Positions 12,282 to 23,990 of a DNA stretch of 64,000 nt are shown piece after piece. Made by a program: the position numbers and the translations under genes. Below the pieces are notes generated by a model. The model ran no database searches, was not told the origin of the DNA, and saw nothing but the letters and a program-made list of their open reading frames with translations. The stretch covers positions 17,050,001 through 17,114,000 of the forward strand of contig NC_087469.1 in NCBI RefSeq assembly GCF_036321535.1, given 5' to 3'. Numbering within the stretch: position 1 is the first letter of the stretch; the number at the start of each line of letters is the position of its first letter. This DNA comes from Camelus dromedarius. Lineage: Eukaryota.

Positions 12282-12294
12282 TGATTGACAGCTG
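12282..12294 (+). promoter_or_regulatory. PBX-MEIS/PREP decamer overlapping an E-box
   Basis: Exact TGATTGACAG (12282-12291) overlapping CAGCTG (12289-12294), about 170 bp before the gap. Confidence 0.6.
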
Positions 12295-12464
12295 CGCCGG
12301 CCCCAAAAGGATCGGCGAAGATGCTGCTCCGCGGGTGGGTCTAGACGCGCGACCGGCGCGCCCGGTGCCCGCTCCCCGCCGCGCGCCTCCCGAGCCCCAC
12401 CGCCTCCCGGCCGCGGAGGAGCCGGGCTGAGGCCCGGGCCGGCGGGCGCTCGCCCCGGCTCACC

Positions 12465-12654
12465 ATNNNNNNNNNNNNNNNNNNNNNNNNNNNNNNNNNN
12501 NNNNNNNNNNNNNNNNNNNNNNNNNNNNNNNNNNNNNNNNNNNNNNNNNNNNNNNNNNNNNNNNNNNNNNNNNNNNNNNNNNNNNNNNNNNNNNNNNNNN
12601 NNNNNNNNNNNNNNNNNNNNNNNNNNNNNNNNNNNNNNNNNNNNNNNNNNNNNN
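12465..12654 (+). CDS. Possible first coding exon hidden in the assembly gap
   Basis: GC-rich 5'UTR-like sequence ends in ggctCACCAT directly before the Ns (would be Kozak CACCATG); G-rich intron-like sequence follows the gap. The alternative reading is a - strand ATG|GTGAG donor. Confidence 0.3.
12467..12654. other. Assembly gap (188 N)
   Basis: Run of N in the most GC-rich part of the island. Confidence 1.
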
Positions 12655-14917
12655 AGACAGGCCGCCGGGGGCGGATGGGTGCGGTAGCTTTGGCGGGGGT
12701 GTCGGGCGCGCTACCGCCTCTGTGCTCCCACCCGAGGGCTCGAGGAAGGGCCCCGGGGCCACGCCTGTGCCCTGCAAGGGGTCCAGGCCCGTCCGCGGCC
12801 GGCGTTGGCGGCGGCGTCTGCGGCGCGGGGAGGCAGGGCCGGGTGCGGACGGCGCGGTGGGCGATGCCGAGGGCAGGAAGCCCCGCGGCCAGCCGGCCGC
12901 CCCGCAGCGCCCGTGCTCCGCGGGCGGGAGAGCCTTCCTCCTCCCCAGCGCCGCTGTGGTTTTCAGTCAGAAAGTTCAAACCCTTGACCTGATTCGGCAC
13001 CTAAATCATTGTTTCAGGAAGTGGCGTTGCTTCACCACTTTGAGGTGCCTCGTCCAGCCTCCTCGTGTCTCCACTGGGAATTTTACAAGTCAGTCGGTGT
13101 CCTGAGGTTCCCAGCAAAACCCTGAATTCACTGAACTTTATTAAAAGAATCTCTTTCTGGGGAAGCAGTCCTGGAATGTCTCGCGTCGCGGCGCAAGCCC
13201 AGAGGTCAGCCCAGTTAGTTTTAAGTAACTGAAAAACAGGGCTCACAATAAAAACATTCCTCAAGTCTGGTTTCCCTGCACCACCAGAGCTCCGACCCGT
13301 AGTAAAGTTAAAGAGCGCTGAATAAATATATTGAAGAAAGCCGTAGGTTTATGTAGAAAATAAATCCAAAGGTATTTTTTGAAACCTGTGAGTGCATTAA
13401 GAGAAACTCCCAGTTTCATAGTGCCCTGGCATTATTAGGATTTAGGTGATCCAAATGTGGGTATAGTCAAAAAAAGAGCATTTTTTATTAAAAAAGTTAT
13501 TGACTGTACTTTCAACTAAAGGTAAAAATTGAGGATTTCCAAACCAAAAGACCCTTTGGGGTTATGTTTGTTGCATGGGTGGCATGAAGTAAATTAATTT
13601 GATTTGGCTTACGTTGAAAAAGTACAGTGAAGAGCTGGCAGTGTTCCTGGAAGATGTTTTGGGACTGTTCGGGCCCAGAGCTGCTAGTCCCCAGAGCTTG
13701 CGATACTGTGTGTTCCGTTGGTTCCACTGTTAGTCTCTCTCGGACAATCAGTAAATATGTGTAGAAGTACATTCAGTAAAGTTCTTTTACAACCACGTTG
13801 TTCCTACATGTATTTGGTAATGAAATGAATATTATCTCCAGTTGCTTCTTTGTGAACTGGATTTTGTCTGTAACGTGGCGTTAGGCCTGATCGCCCACAG
13901 TAAGACTTGTAATTTCAAAGCCAAGGAGTATGCAAAACAAGAAACCAGAAGGATGTTCTTGACGTTGATGCCTTTATATGTGTGTGTCTGCCATGCGTTA
14001 AGCCTGGGGTGAGTTGTCTACACAGATCTTGGAGAGGGGAGATAGGCTGAATCTTGTTTTGAGCATAAATAATCATTTGCGACAAGAACTCAAGTCCCTT
14101 AAAGGAAGAAGAGAGGATCTGCTTTAGTCAGAAAGCCTCTGTGCACCCCGCGAAGGGGGCTCCTAGACAAAGCAGAAGACCTTCTTCTCAACACCTTGCC
14201 TGATGCCGGCAAACTTTGTAGTGACCTTGTGCCACACATCGACTTGCAGGCAGCTTTTCCTGGCTTTTAGCAGTCACAGAATTGGATCAGAGAAGAAATC
14301 ATGCCAGAGAAAGAGTAATAAATAGCCTCAGAAGACAATGATCCAGTCATCAGTCGAGGCTGAGTAGGTTCTGTGTTTTATTGAACCTTGTGTGGGACAT
14401 AAATCAGAGGAAAATAAAATGATTCATATGTACTTTTGTGAGTGTTGAAAGTGAGCTGCGTGTACTTCATGAACTGAAAGTCTGTGCTTTTGCCATTCTC
14501 TGCCGGCTTGTGGGTGAGGGCGGTACCAGCCCTGGTGCTCTTGCCCTGTCCGCCCCCTCCCCAAGCTTGATTTCTTTAGATTGCTCTTTTGAAAATGTGT
14601 TGGGATTTTGCTCTCGTTGAGATTTAAAATATAGAAACTGGGATTTTCCAGTGGAATTAAACTCATAAATACTGGCTACAATCGTCCACACTTTCAGACC
14701 ATAAGCTTGCAGTGGGGTTTACGATTACAGTTAAAGCCTTACGTGTATTAGATCATGGGAGCCCCATTAGTGACTTCTCAGAGGTTTTGCAAATAACATG
14801 CTTTCAAAGCATTTTGGTTGCTTTCAACAGTTACGTTCAGGATCAAGAATCTTAGATTGGATGAACTTGATTAATTTAAAAAACAGCAATATGTTGCTGG
14901 CATCCATAACGAAACTA

Positions 14918-14950
14918 CATATGTATATGTATATGTATATATATATATAT
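14918..14950. repeat. (ATATGT)n/(AT)n microsatellite
   Basis: catatgtatatgtatatgtatatatatatatat. Confidence 0.9.
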
Positions 14951-17900
14951 AAATTTTTTTTCTGGATAGACATAAATATTTAGCACTTTCCGTGGAACCA
15001 ACGCATAAAATGTCCAAATCAAGTGAAAGGTGTGCACTGGAATTAAAGTTAGTGAACTTTCTCACCCTTTGGTTTGCCGTTTTAAGATTTAAATAACTAA
15101 CAAAAGTGAGTTTCATCAGATAAAATAATGAAAACTAAGATAAAAAAGTGAACCCCCTGCACAATAAGTACATAACACTGTTGTGGAAAAAACAGCTCCA
15201 GTGTTTAAAAAGCATCTGCATAATTAAGCAATCCGTGTTTAGATTTAGTAATCCAGATGTCAGGTTATGATACTGATCTCCTCGGGCAGAAGAGCATGTA
15301 TTCAAGTAAGCTGAGAAATGGAAACATTTTCATCAGGGGGATGATCACGTGACAGTAATTGGTTATTAGACACTCTAACTTTGATGAAATACTCATCTTC
15401 CAAAAAATTATTATATGAGCAGGCCCTTTCTTATTAAAATACAGTAATTTTAGTTTTCAGAAGCTCTCTAAATTGATGTGTTTCCCAGTGGATATCCTAC
15501 GTCACTGAGAAAGGGGATCCTTTTCTTAAAGCCAAACTAAAGGAACAATTGGCATTAAATTTTAAATAAAACTTAAAAAAAAAAACCAAACTAAGCCTGA
15601 AAAGAGCCTCCATTTGGAAAAATAAAAATTTGTCATTCAGACCATTGACGAGGTGTGAAACACGTTTAGAATTAATTTAGTTTATAGCATGTTGGCTATA
15701 ATTTTATTTTAAAATCTTATAATAGCAATCCTCCTTCAGAATGGAAACATATTGCTGTTCAGAAGGCAGTGATGATCTCTCGTAAACATTGGAACGTTGA
15801 CAGTGATTGAAAGCCGAAAATGAGGTGCAGTCTATGAGATCATAAATACTATTTAACTCTTGGGTGCGCTGTTTTATTTTTCTGGTTGTGATTAATGTTT
15901 CTTGGTGGAAGAGTCACTGGAACTGGCTTCTCAGGACGGAACAGACTGCAGAGATATCCGCACGGGTTACTTTTGAAGGATCTCTCTTTCAGTTTGGTCT
16001 TCAGAAACAGGCAGAGTTTCTGAATTTGACGGGCATTTGGAAAACACCAGTAGCTTGCTTCACAAAAACATTGATCCTAAGAGTGTTCATATGAGGATAC
16101 TGAGAAACCAACCTGCTGTGCATGATTACTTATAACTTACTAAAATTTCTTCTCCTTATAACCTAGAATTACACGAGACTTAAACATGCACGTTTAGGGG
16201 GAGGTGAACATGGATATTCGTACGTTTTGCAACCCGTGACCAGTACACGACTTTAGTCATTTCACTAACACCTGTAGTCTGATTCCTTCCCTCTTCTCGG
16301 GCAGAAGGATTCTGTTGAATCTTTCTCCGTGACCTCCAGTGGCCAGTCTCATGGAGCTGACTGCTGAATTTTGGAGCTGGAAGGGGTTATAGAGATCAAG
16401 ACCAACCTCCCCAGGTAGAACACGCTTTCTTTTGTGATGTGCTAGGGTCACGTCAGCGCTTAAATGCAGTTTCAGTCCACACTGCACAGCGCTGCCCTTC
16501 TTACTAGGGTGCTCAGAAATCAAGAAGGCTGCCCCAACTCGGTTACACACCCAGGATGAATCCGTGCAGTCACACCCAAGGGACAGTCAACCAGCCAATT
16601 AAAAGGGGCATGTGGGAAAGGAGGTGGCTTTGAGAACATTTCATTCTTTGGTGGGTCCAAGCGAAACAAGTTCTTTGGGGTGGTGTCCTTTGGTTCATTT
16701 TTATCACAAAAATTGGGTGTCATTCCGGTGAAAAATGAAATGAGGTGTGGACGTGTGTGATGACTTCTATGGGAGTTAGGGAGCCGGCTGCTGATTCACG
16801 AGTTGACTCCAGTGATTCTCCAAATCTTAGCTTGGTCTTTTAGTTGGGGACCAAACCCCGTAGGCTTTGAGAACCTGAGAGTCGGGCCCTGGAATGTTAA
16901 TGGAGAAATATAAACTGGGGGCCTGGGAAAATGAGCATTATCGACAAGCATTTGGGTTTCTGCCAGGGGCAAATAGGCTTTTATTAGCCATTACTCGTAA
17001 CTGCTTCTCCTGTTCCCATTCTGAGGGCACATAAATTGAGGGGTGCACAGGGTATAGGACTCAGCAGGGTCAGGATGTATTTAGAGCTGAGCTTTTCTGG
17101 ACTCTTCAGCTGTTGCCCCTTACTCCTTCAGTCTTCTAGCGCCTTTGCTGAGCAGAGGTGCTGGGCTTCCTTCGCGGTCAGTTTTAACTAGTGAGTAGTT
17201 TGCCAGCAGTTTCTTCGCTGGTTCTGACGGTTCTAATAGCAGATGGGAAAATGTGCTGAAACTTGGCAAGTTAAAATGCCTTTCCAAAGGTCTGTGATCT
17301 TCAGTCCCATTTGATTCAATAACAGTTTAATTCAACACATATTTATGCTTGCTTGGTGGTGGCACCGCCATTACATGTAAGTTTAATCTTAATCTTGACT
17401 AATGTATTTGAAACTTTTCTCTGACGCATCTGGAGAACCATTGCCAAGTTCTCTGTCGTCCTCCGGAGTCTATGTGGGCAACGTGGAATTCGGATGGGGA
17501 GCGTCATGACAGTTTAATCCTTTTCAATCTGGAATTTTCTCTTTGAACTCCACCTAAAGGTATTATCAGCACCCAAACTGCCATATTACCCTCCTTCAGG
17601 ACCACTCAGTTGAAATGGTATCCGTAGTAAATCTTCTGTGAAACCCGTCTCCTGCAGCTGGGCTCGTGTCGGTTGTGCCTCTGGATCCAAAATAGAACTT
17701 GTGATACCAGGGGACAGTGTGAAGTTGCCAGTGGTAACAGACGCCAGGAGTCTAAGTGAAAAGCCTGTTGGGTGTGTACATCCCAGGAATCTGTATGAAG
17801 AGCAGGAAGGACAGGACAGTTAAAGTTTGTTTAGATTGTAAAGAGAGATTACAATGAAAAAAGGGAAGGAATAGGGAAAAGAAAGAGTGGGTTTCTTGGA

Positions 17901-20139
17901 AACTCTTGAAACCACTAGATTGTGCCTTGCAGGTAGCGTGGTGCCCTTCACAATGGCCGGAGGGGCAAACCAAAGGTGGCTTCTGAAACTTCTGTTCATG
18001 CACAGATAGTAAATGACTCAAGTTGATTTTACTGGGACACCTGCTGGGTCCCTTGAGGGAAGAGGCCGGGCCCACCCAGCATTTAGCTTTCGCCTCAGAG
18101 GACTGAGTCAGTGTTAATGCAGAAGCATTTTCAGGTGCTGTTTGGACTTTGTTTTGAGGTCAGGAGGAAGAGGAGCAGAGGTGGAAGTCAGGTCCACGCC
18201 ACCTGAGGCTCCCCCATTTGTATGAAGTCTGTGATCGTCTGTGGGTGTCACGGGGCCTGCCGGGCCCTGCTTGCACTGGTCCTGTGGCTAACCCAGTGAT
18301 GAGCTCGTAGCTGGACCGGGTTAGAGGGCTGTGGACCCTAGAGGAGAGGTACAGATCGAAGCCTCATTTTGCATCCACTCTTGGAGATGCTGTTTTCCAT
18401 TCGGGTCCTGTGGATGCGGGGTTTTTACTGTGGTATCAGAGTGGACCCCACTCACAGCTGATGAGTTGCTTTCTCATCCAGAACTTTCCAAAGCCCATGG
18501 GTGCTCACTGGACTGATGGGACCCACCCTGCTGCAGGTGGTACGTTTCTCTTGGAAGGAGCATGACAAAGAGAAAAAAGAGAAGGATTGAGAACATGTGG
18601 GCAGAGACTCCCCATATGTGGCGAGGCCCCTCTGCCCCGCCTGGCAGTGTTTCAGCTGCTGTGAGTTTGGAAGGGTTGTTCCTCCTTCCAGGGCACAGAT
18701 GACAGAATGAGAATTGGCGCTAGAACTTATTAATAACAAGGTTTGGGCAAGGACCTTGAACCAGCTCGGTGGTATTAACAAAATAACAAATACTCTGTTT
18801 CCAGGAAGGGAGGTTTTGTTTTGTTTTGTTTGTTTATTTTTCAAACCAGAAAACCTTTGCAGACCCTCAGGATTGAATTTATTTTTATTGTAGCTTAATA
18901 ACAGTTAGAAAAAGAGATGTCTTGTTACAATTAATGCTCTAAATAAAAACACAGTTAATTTTCCATTACAGCGTCTAATTACTTATCATCACCAGGACGT
19001 TTTTATATGGCAATTTAAGTTCTTGAAAGTGGAAACTTGGCACACATTTAAGGAAGAAAGCAGTGCACCTGGATAGATACCAGACGATGGTCTAATTATA
19101 TTTGGGCTGGAGTTGACTCTTAACACACGAGTGCTCCGCGGAAGACAGGAGGAGAGTCAACAGGGAAAGTCTCTGGTTTCTTTAGCGCTGGTTGAAACTG
19201 AATATGGAGGGAGGTAATCTGCGTGAGAGGTGATGTGCAGGTGCATCTGAAAAGGGCCCTGCCAGCCACTGACGGAGGCCAAAGTCAGGACTCCCGCTAG
19301 GCCTGGGGGTCAGCTCTATGCTTCCTGATGCACGGGGGGTGTTCGTAAAGATGAGCATGGCCTTTCTCCAGGGAGAGGCCGGACGCAACTGAGTAGAAGC
19401 CAAGTTGGGAGGATCTCAGCATGAAACTGAATCTGTTAAGAGTCCAGGCAGAGCTTACGTGATTCATGTTTACTGCATCTCTCTAGCTTACTGCCCACGG
19501 TGCCCTTGGGAACACGGTCTTCTGGATATTTGGGATAGATAAGTATTTCCACAGCGTGCCTGCCACCAAGGTGATGTCAGTGCGCGTTTGATCATTATTT
19601 AGAAAACACTTCTGTGTGCAGTAGTGACGTGATGGTTGTCCCTTCACTTACTCGAGGGTCACTTACGACCTGTGGTGATCTGCGGCGGTCTTGGGCCTGG
19701 TGGCATCTCATCAAGTCATGGCTGTATTTCCACCCCAGGAATACCCAGCAGGTCCCTAACACCGGTTTACCTGCCAGGCTTCCCTCTTTCCAGAATCCCT
19801 TTCACCCAGTGACATGACCATTGTTGAAATTCAGGATCGTGGTCACTTCACAGACAAGGTCACAGCCTAGACTGAAGGATGTGAAACTTCGATGTTTAGA
19901 TGAAGCAATACCCAGGAGCATCGACTTTGCACGTTCTCCTGATGGTGGCTTATAAACAGCAGAGTCCTGATACTCTGACTCTGGCGGAGAAAGCGGAGCC
20001 GGGAGAGTTGCCGAGAGCTCCTGAGTCCTGAGCTTTTATCCCAAAGGGAGCTATGAAGTGGGGAGAAATGCAAGAAGCACGTACTCTGTACCCCGAACCT
20101 TCTTCATACTCATCACAGTAATAGAAATAGTGACTTTCT

Positions 20140-20275
20140 TTTGAGTGCTCAGCATGTAACAGGCCCTGGACTAGGTGTGTTATGATCGGTTTCCAATTAT
20201 TTTTTATGAATTCTTCATTTTATTAGTGGAAAGCAGAGAAGTTAAGTAACTTTCCCAAAGTCACAGCGTATATGA
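20140..20275 (-). mobile_element. MIR fragment
   Basis: ...tagtggaaagcagagaagttaagtaactttcccaaagtcacagc. Confidence 0.7.
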
Positions 20276-20389
20276 AGGTCTTTTACAAAACCACGTGAAG
20301 AAAGGCAAGAAGACAGGTTGGCAGTTCACAGAAATGAAGACCTAGGTGTCCCGTGAACGTGAAAGGATGTTCAGCCTCCCCGGTCGTCA

Positions 20390-21100
20390 GGAAAACACAA
20401 GTGAAAATGAGGTACCATCTCATCAGAACCATCAGACAGATAAACTAGAAAGAGTCTGGCTGACAGACTTGGTCGTTTGCTGACGGTGAGAGTGTGGTTT
20501 GGTACAGCTGCTCCAGGGAGCAGCCTGGCAACACCTCGAAGCTGCAGAAACACGTGTGCTGCCCGCTCAGCAGCCCCGCCCGTGCTGGTGCCTCGGCCAT
20601 CCCTGCACGTGTGCAAAGGGCCCTGGGGGAGGGACGCCCGTTTCTGCGCTGCTGATGATAGTGGAAGATCTCTGGCTGTCTAACTGCCCTTCGGAGGGAA
20701 AACAATGGAATCATACGTGTTAATTCATGCAGTGAAATTCCGTGCAGTGATGAGTATGAATGAACCAGATCTACTTGTATTAATACTGATAAGATTAAGG
20801 AATACAAGGCTGAGGGGAAAAAAAAAGTTGTAGATTGATACTTAACAGTCTAATACCATTTACATAATGCTTGAAAACATGCAGACTAATACTGTGTATT
20901 GTTTAGAGAGGCCAGGGCATGGGACTGGGAGGGCTACACATAGATTTTTACTTTTCTGTGTAATAATTTATTTATTAAGGAAGAGAAAAGGCCTAATGTA
21001 AGTCAAATTAAGATTTGACAAAGCTTGTTCATGGTTACACAGATGTTTATTTCATTATTCTTTGTATTTTTCTGTATGTTTGATATTTTCTAGAATACAA
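20390..21100 (+). mobile_element. Old L1 (L1ME-like) ORF2 end and 3' UTR
   Basis: gaaaatgaggtaccatctc...ggtttggtacagctgctccagggagcagcctggcaac...ataccatttacataatgcttgaaaac...ggttacacagatgtttatttcattattctttgtatttttctgtatgtttga. Confidence 0.7.
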
Positions 21101-21518
21101 ACATCAAAACAATGGCACAGGAGACCCCACATATCTGTGAGACTTGATCTTGGGGGACTTTTGAGGGCTTGCATAATAGCTTTCTATCGTGAAACAGAAG
21201 CTTTTAGCTCCAGAGATTCCTGTGCACAGTCTCACAGTGGCGAAAGAAGAACTTAATTAGACACATGTGTCCAGCTCACCCTAAAACCACCACTGCAGCT
21301 TCTGAAATTGGCTTTGGATCTCACTCACCTCCCCGACTGGGCGGGGACATCATTTATCACCACGGTAACCGCTCTTCCCCCAAGTAATGCTTTGGCATGT
21401 GAATAAACGGGCTCCGCGCTGCGTGCTAGGGCTGGAAGGAATTGCTGGTGAAGTGTGTGTGGTGTTTGTTTTCCCCAAATACACATCGATGATCATGCAA
21501 GCAAGACTTGTTAGTTTT

Positions 21519-21812
21519 AGACTCATAGACATAAAAAGCAAACTTACAGTCACCAGAGGGGAAGAGGGTAGGGAGGGATAAATTGAGAGTTCAAGATTTG
21601 CAGATACTAACTACTGTATATAAAATAGATAAACAAGTTTCTTCTGTCTAGCACTGGGAACTATATTCAGTATCTTGCAGTAGCCTGTAATGAAAAGGAA
21701 TATATGCATGTACATGGATGACTGAAACATTATTCTGTGCACCAGAAATTGATACAACATTGTAAACTGACTAGACTTCAATTTAAAAACAAAAACAGAA
21801 ACAAAAACAAGA
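21519..21812 (+). mobile_element. Camelid-type L1 3' end
   Basis: gactcatagacataaaaagcaaacttacagtcaccagagggg...tagcactgggaactatattcag...acaacattgtaaactgact plus A-rich tail. Confidence 0.9.
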
Positions 21813-21817
21813 CCTCA

Positions 21818-21935
21818 GACCAGATGTGGCCCGAGTGCCAGTTTTCCAGCTCCTGTTCCAGAGCAGAGGCCGCATCCTGCCTGCAGCCTGCTTTTGTAAG
21901 TAAAGTTTTATTGGAACACACACATGCACACAGAG
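21818..21935. mobile_element. MER58-like hAT-Charlie fragments
   Basis: cctgcttttgtaagtaaagttttattggaacac matches the MER58A 5' part, preceded by an inverted MER58-like terminus. Confidence 0.6.
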
Positions 21936-22099
21936 TTGTTAGGTTTTTTCCTTTCTTCTTAATGATGTTTAAAGTCACAGTAAATTGCCTTTTTTTTTTT
22001 TTTAAAGAATTTACTTTTTATTGAAAATAAATGTATAACAGTAAGTAGATGGCTACAATAGCAAAAATGTATAACCCTATGTATGTTTATTTTAATATT

Positions 22100-22195
22100 T
22101 ATTTATTTAAGTTGATGTTCGGTCAGTTACAATATGCCCATCGCTGTGTACAGCAGTGTCCCAGTCATGCATGTACATACACATATTCATTTACA
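22100..22195 (-). mobile_element. Short L1 3' tail
   Basis: gtcagttacaatatgcccatcgctgtgtacagcagtgtcccagtcatgcatgtacatacacatattc. Confidence 0.7.
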
Positions 22196-22489
22196 CAATT
22201 AATTGCCTTTGGTTGCACTTGCTTTTATACCTATCTGCTCATGTGATAAACCAGCCTTGGCTTTTGACCAGTGGTCATTACTGTTGACAGTTTAACTTAA
22301 AACATTGTCTAGGGACATCTGTGAATACCAAAGAATCAAAAAATGTTAAAATGTAGCTTCTTAGCAGGGACCAGTCATGTCCATATTGGCATATAAGCTG
22401 CCTGAGTTCTTTTTATTTTTCTGTAACCATGATTTGACTTTAAAACTTCGATGTGTGGTGTCAAGGATTGGTAGGAAGGGAGGAGAACC

Positions 22490-22503
22490 GTTACCGTGGT
22501 AAC
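22490..22503. promoter_or_regulatory. RFX X-box-type palindrome
   Basis: GTTACCGTGGTAAC, one mismatch to the palindromic RFX site GTTACCATGGTAAC. Confidence 0.6.
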
Positions 22504-23789
22504 CACACAGCGCGCTGTCTATCAGGGATGGTAAGCGGTGGTCCTGTGCTTTGGAGAGGTTAACCTGGACCACATTACTCTCCAGGGACATCTGTGGTGG
22601 CAGGTGCTTTGTTCAGCGTGTCTTAATAGCCAAGACATTCGTCTTTTCTCTGCAAAATACTTCCAGTTGATAAATGTTGCTTTAAGATATTTTAACAAAA
22701 GTCTGGCCCTTCGGGAGCACCAACTTTCTGTGTCCCTCCATAGGGAAGGGACTCCTTGGTGTGAATGAAACAGTGTGTGTAGCCAGGAGGCTGCCAAAGC
22801 GTTTCCCCCTCCAAGACCACCTCTCTCTGTCTGAGTACACACAGGAACAGGGAAGCAAGAGATTCCCAGCGCTCAGGGCCATGTCCCACCCCAGCCGCCG
22901 GTGGCCAGGGTCGCTGTGCTTTCCTGGGTACTGGGCAGGGCGGCTGTGGTCAGCAGGGGCTGACGATCGCTTCTAGAGGCGGGTGGCCGACTTGGACGTG
23001 ACTGAAGGGCTGGTGGACCTATCAGATTTGCTGCCAGTGAACAGACCTTCAGGAAGGGTGGCAGGAGCGAGGCCCTCTGCATTTTATCTTCCCTGGATGG
23101 ACACACAGGATGGCCATGGTGACTCAAACAGACTGGAACTTCATTTGTGTCTTTCTCTGTCCCCCTCCTGGGTCCCTCCAGTGAAATCTTAGCCCTCATG
23201 AAGTGGGCTGGCCAGGCTCAAGGCTGTGAACAGAGTGAACACCATCGAGAGACATGTTCCAAAGGGCTGCGGCTGTCTGTCCAAGATAAAATCTGGCCGC
23301 AAGCCTGCTGCTCTGCAGTCAGCTCACTGGCGACCCGTTTGACAGGTGCACCTTGGATCTTGTCTTTGGAACTACTTGGGAAAGGACAAATGAGGATGTG
23401 GGATATTTAGGGCAGCTTTGAACACGTTTCCCTGTGGGAAAGGGACGTATTTTTAATAAAGTTCCACGTCTTTTCTTTTTTCACAACTGAACATTTTATT
23501 GAAATGATTGGTGAATCAGCCCAGAGGATGGTTTTCTGGGGGGAGGATGTTGTTAATTTTGTTATTCCTGGATATTTCAGCAACGCATTATTGCTCTTAG
23601 CATGCGAGACAGCTGCGTATCTGGGAAGCACGCTTTCAGCCCTCAGTTCAGAGGAGGCAGAAAGGAAGACCCTGGTGGAGGGCTGGTTTTTTTTTTTACT
23701 GGGACATTGAGCCTTGGTAGTTAGCACAGTTAGCTGCATACACAGAACATGTGCCACTTTTTAGGGGACTGCAAAATAAAAATAACAAC

Positions 23790-23990
23790 AGTTACAAAGG
23801 GTAACGGTGTGCCAGGCACTGGGTGCTTGTCTGCATGAAGTCTTGTAAACTAAATGGAGGGCCTGTCAGAAATGGTTATTATCATCACTGCTTTTCGGGT
23901 GAGGAAAGGGAACCTTGGGAGGTTAAGAAAATGGCAACACAGTCACGTGAGGAGGTGGCAGTGCTGACACTGGAACTCAGGTCTGTCTCT
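23790..23990 (-). mobile_element. MIR
   Basis: gtgtgccaggcactg...gggtgaggaaagggaaccttgggaggttaagaaaatggcaacacagtcac...ggaactcaggtctgtct. Confidence 0.8.

Larger units (their letters stand above)
9740..13200. promoter_or_regulatory. Large CpG island / probable bidirectional promoter of an unidentified gene
   Basis: Very GC- and CpG-rich (runs such as gcgcgcgc, ggcggcggcg), GC boxes and several splice-donor-like sites; flanks are CpG-poor. Confidence 0.9.

Noticed and set aside
12100-12700. Assigning a gene symbol to the promoter
   Set aside because: Genes with ATG-only or ~185 nt first coding exons were considered, but no diagnostic coding sequence is visible and the key exon is in the gap.
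9659-13105. Many 100-230 aa ORFs on both strands in the CpG island
   Set aside because: They are Arg/Pro/Ala/Gly-rich, overlap in all frames and often lack ATG starts, as expected from stop-codon scarcity in GC-rich DNA; no recognisable domain.
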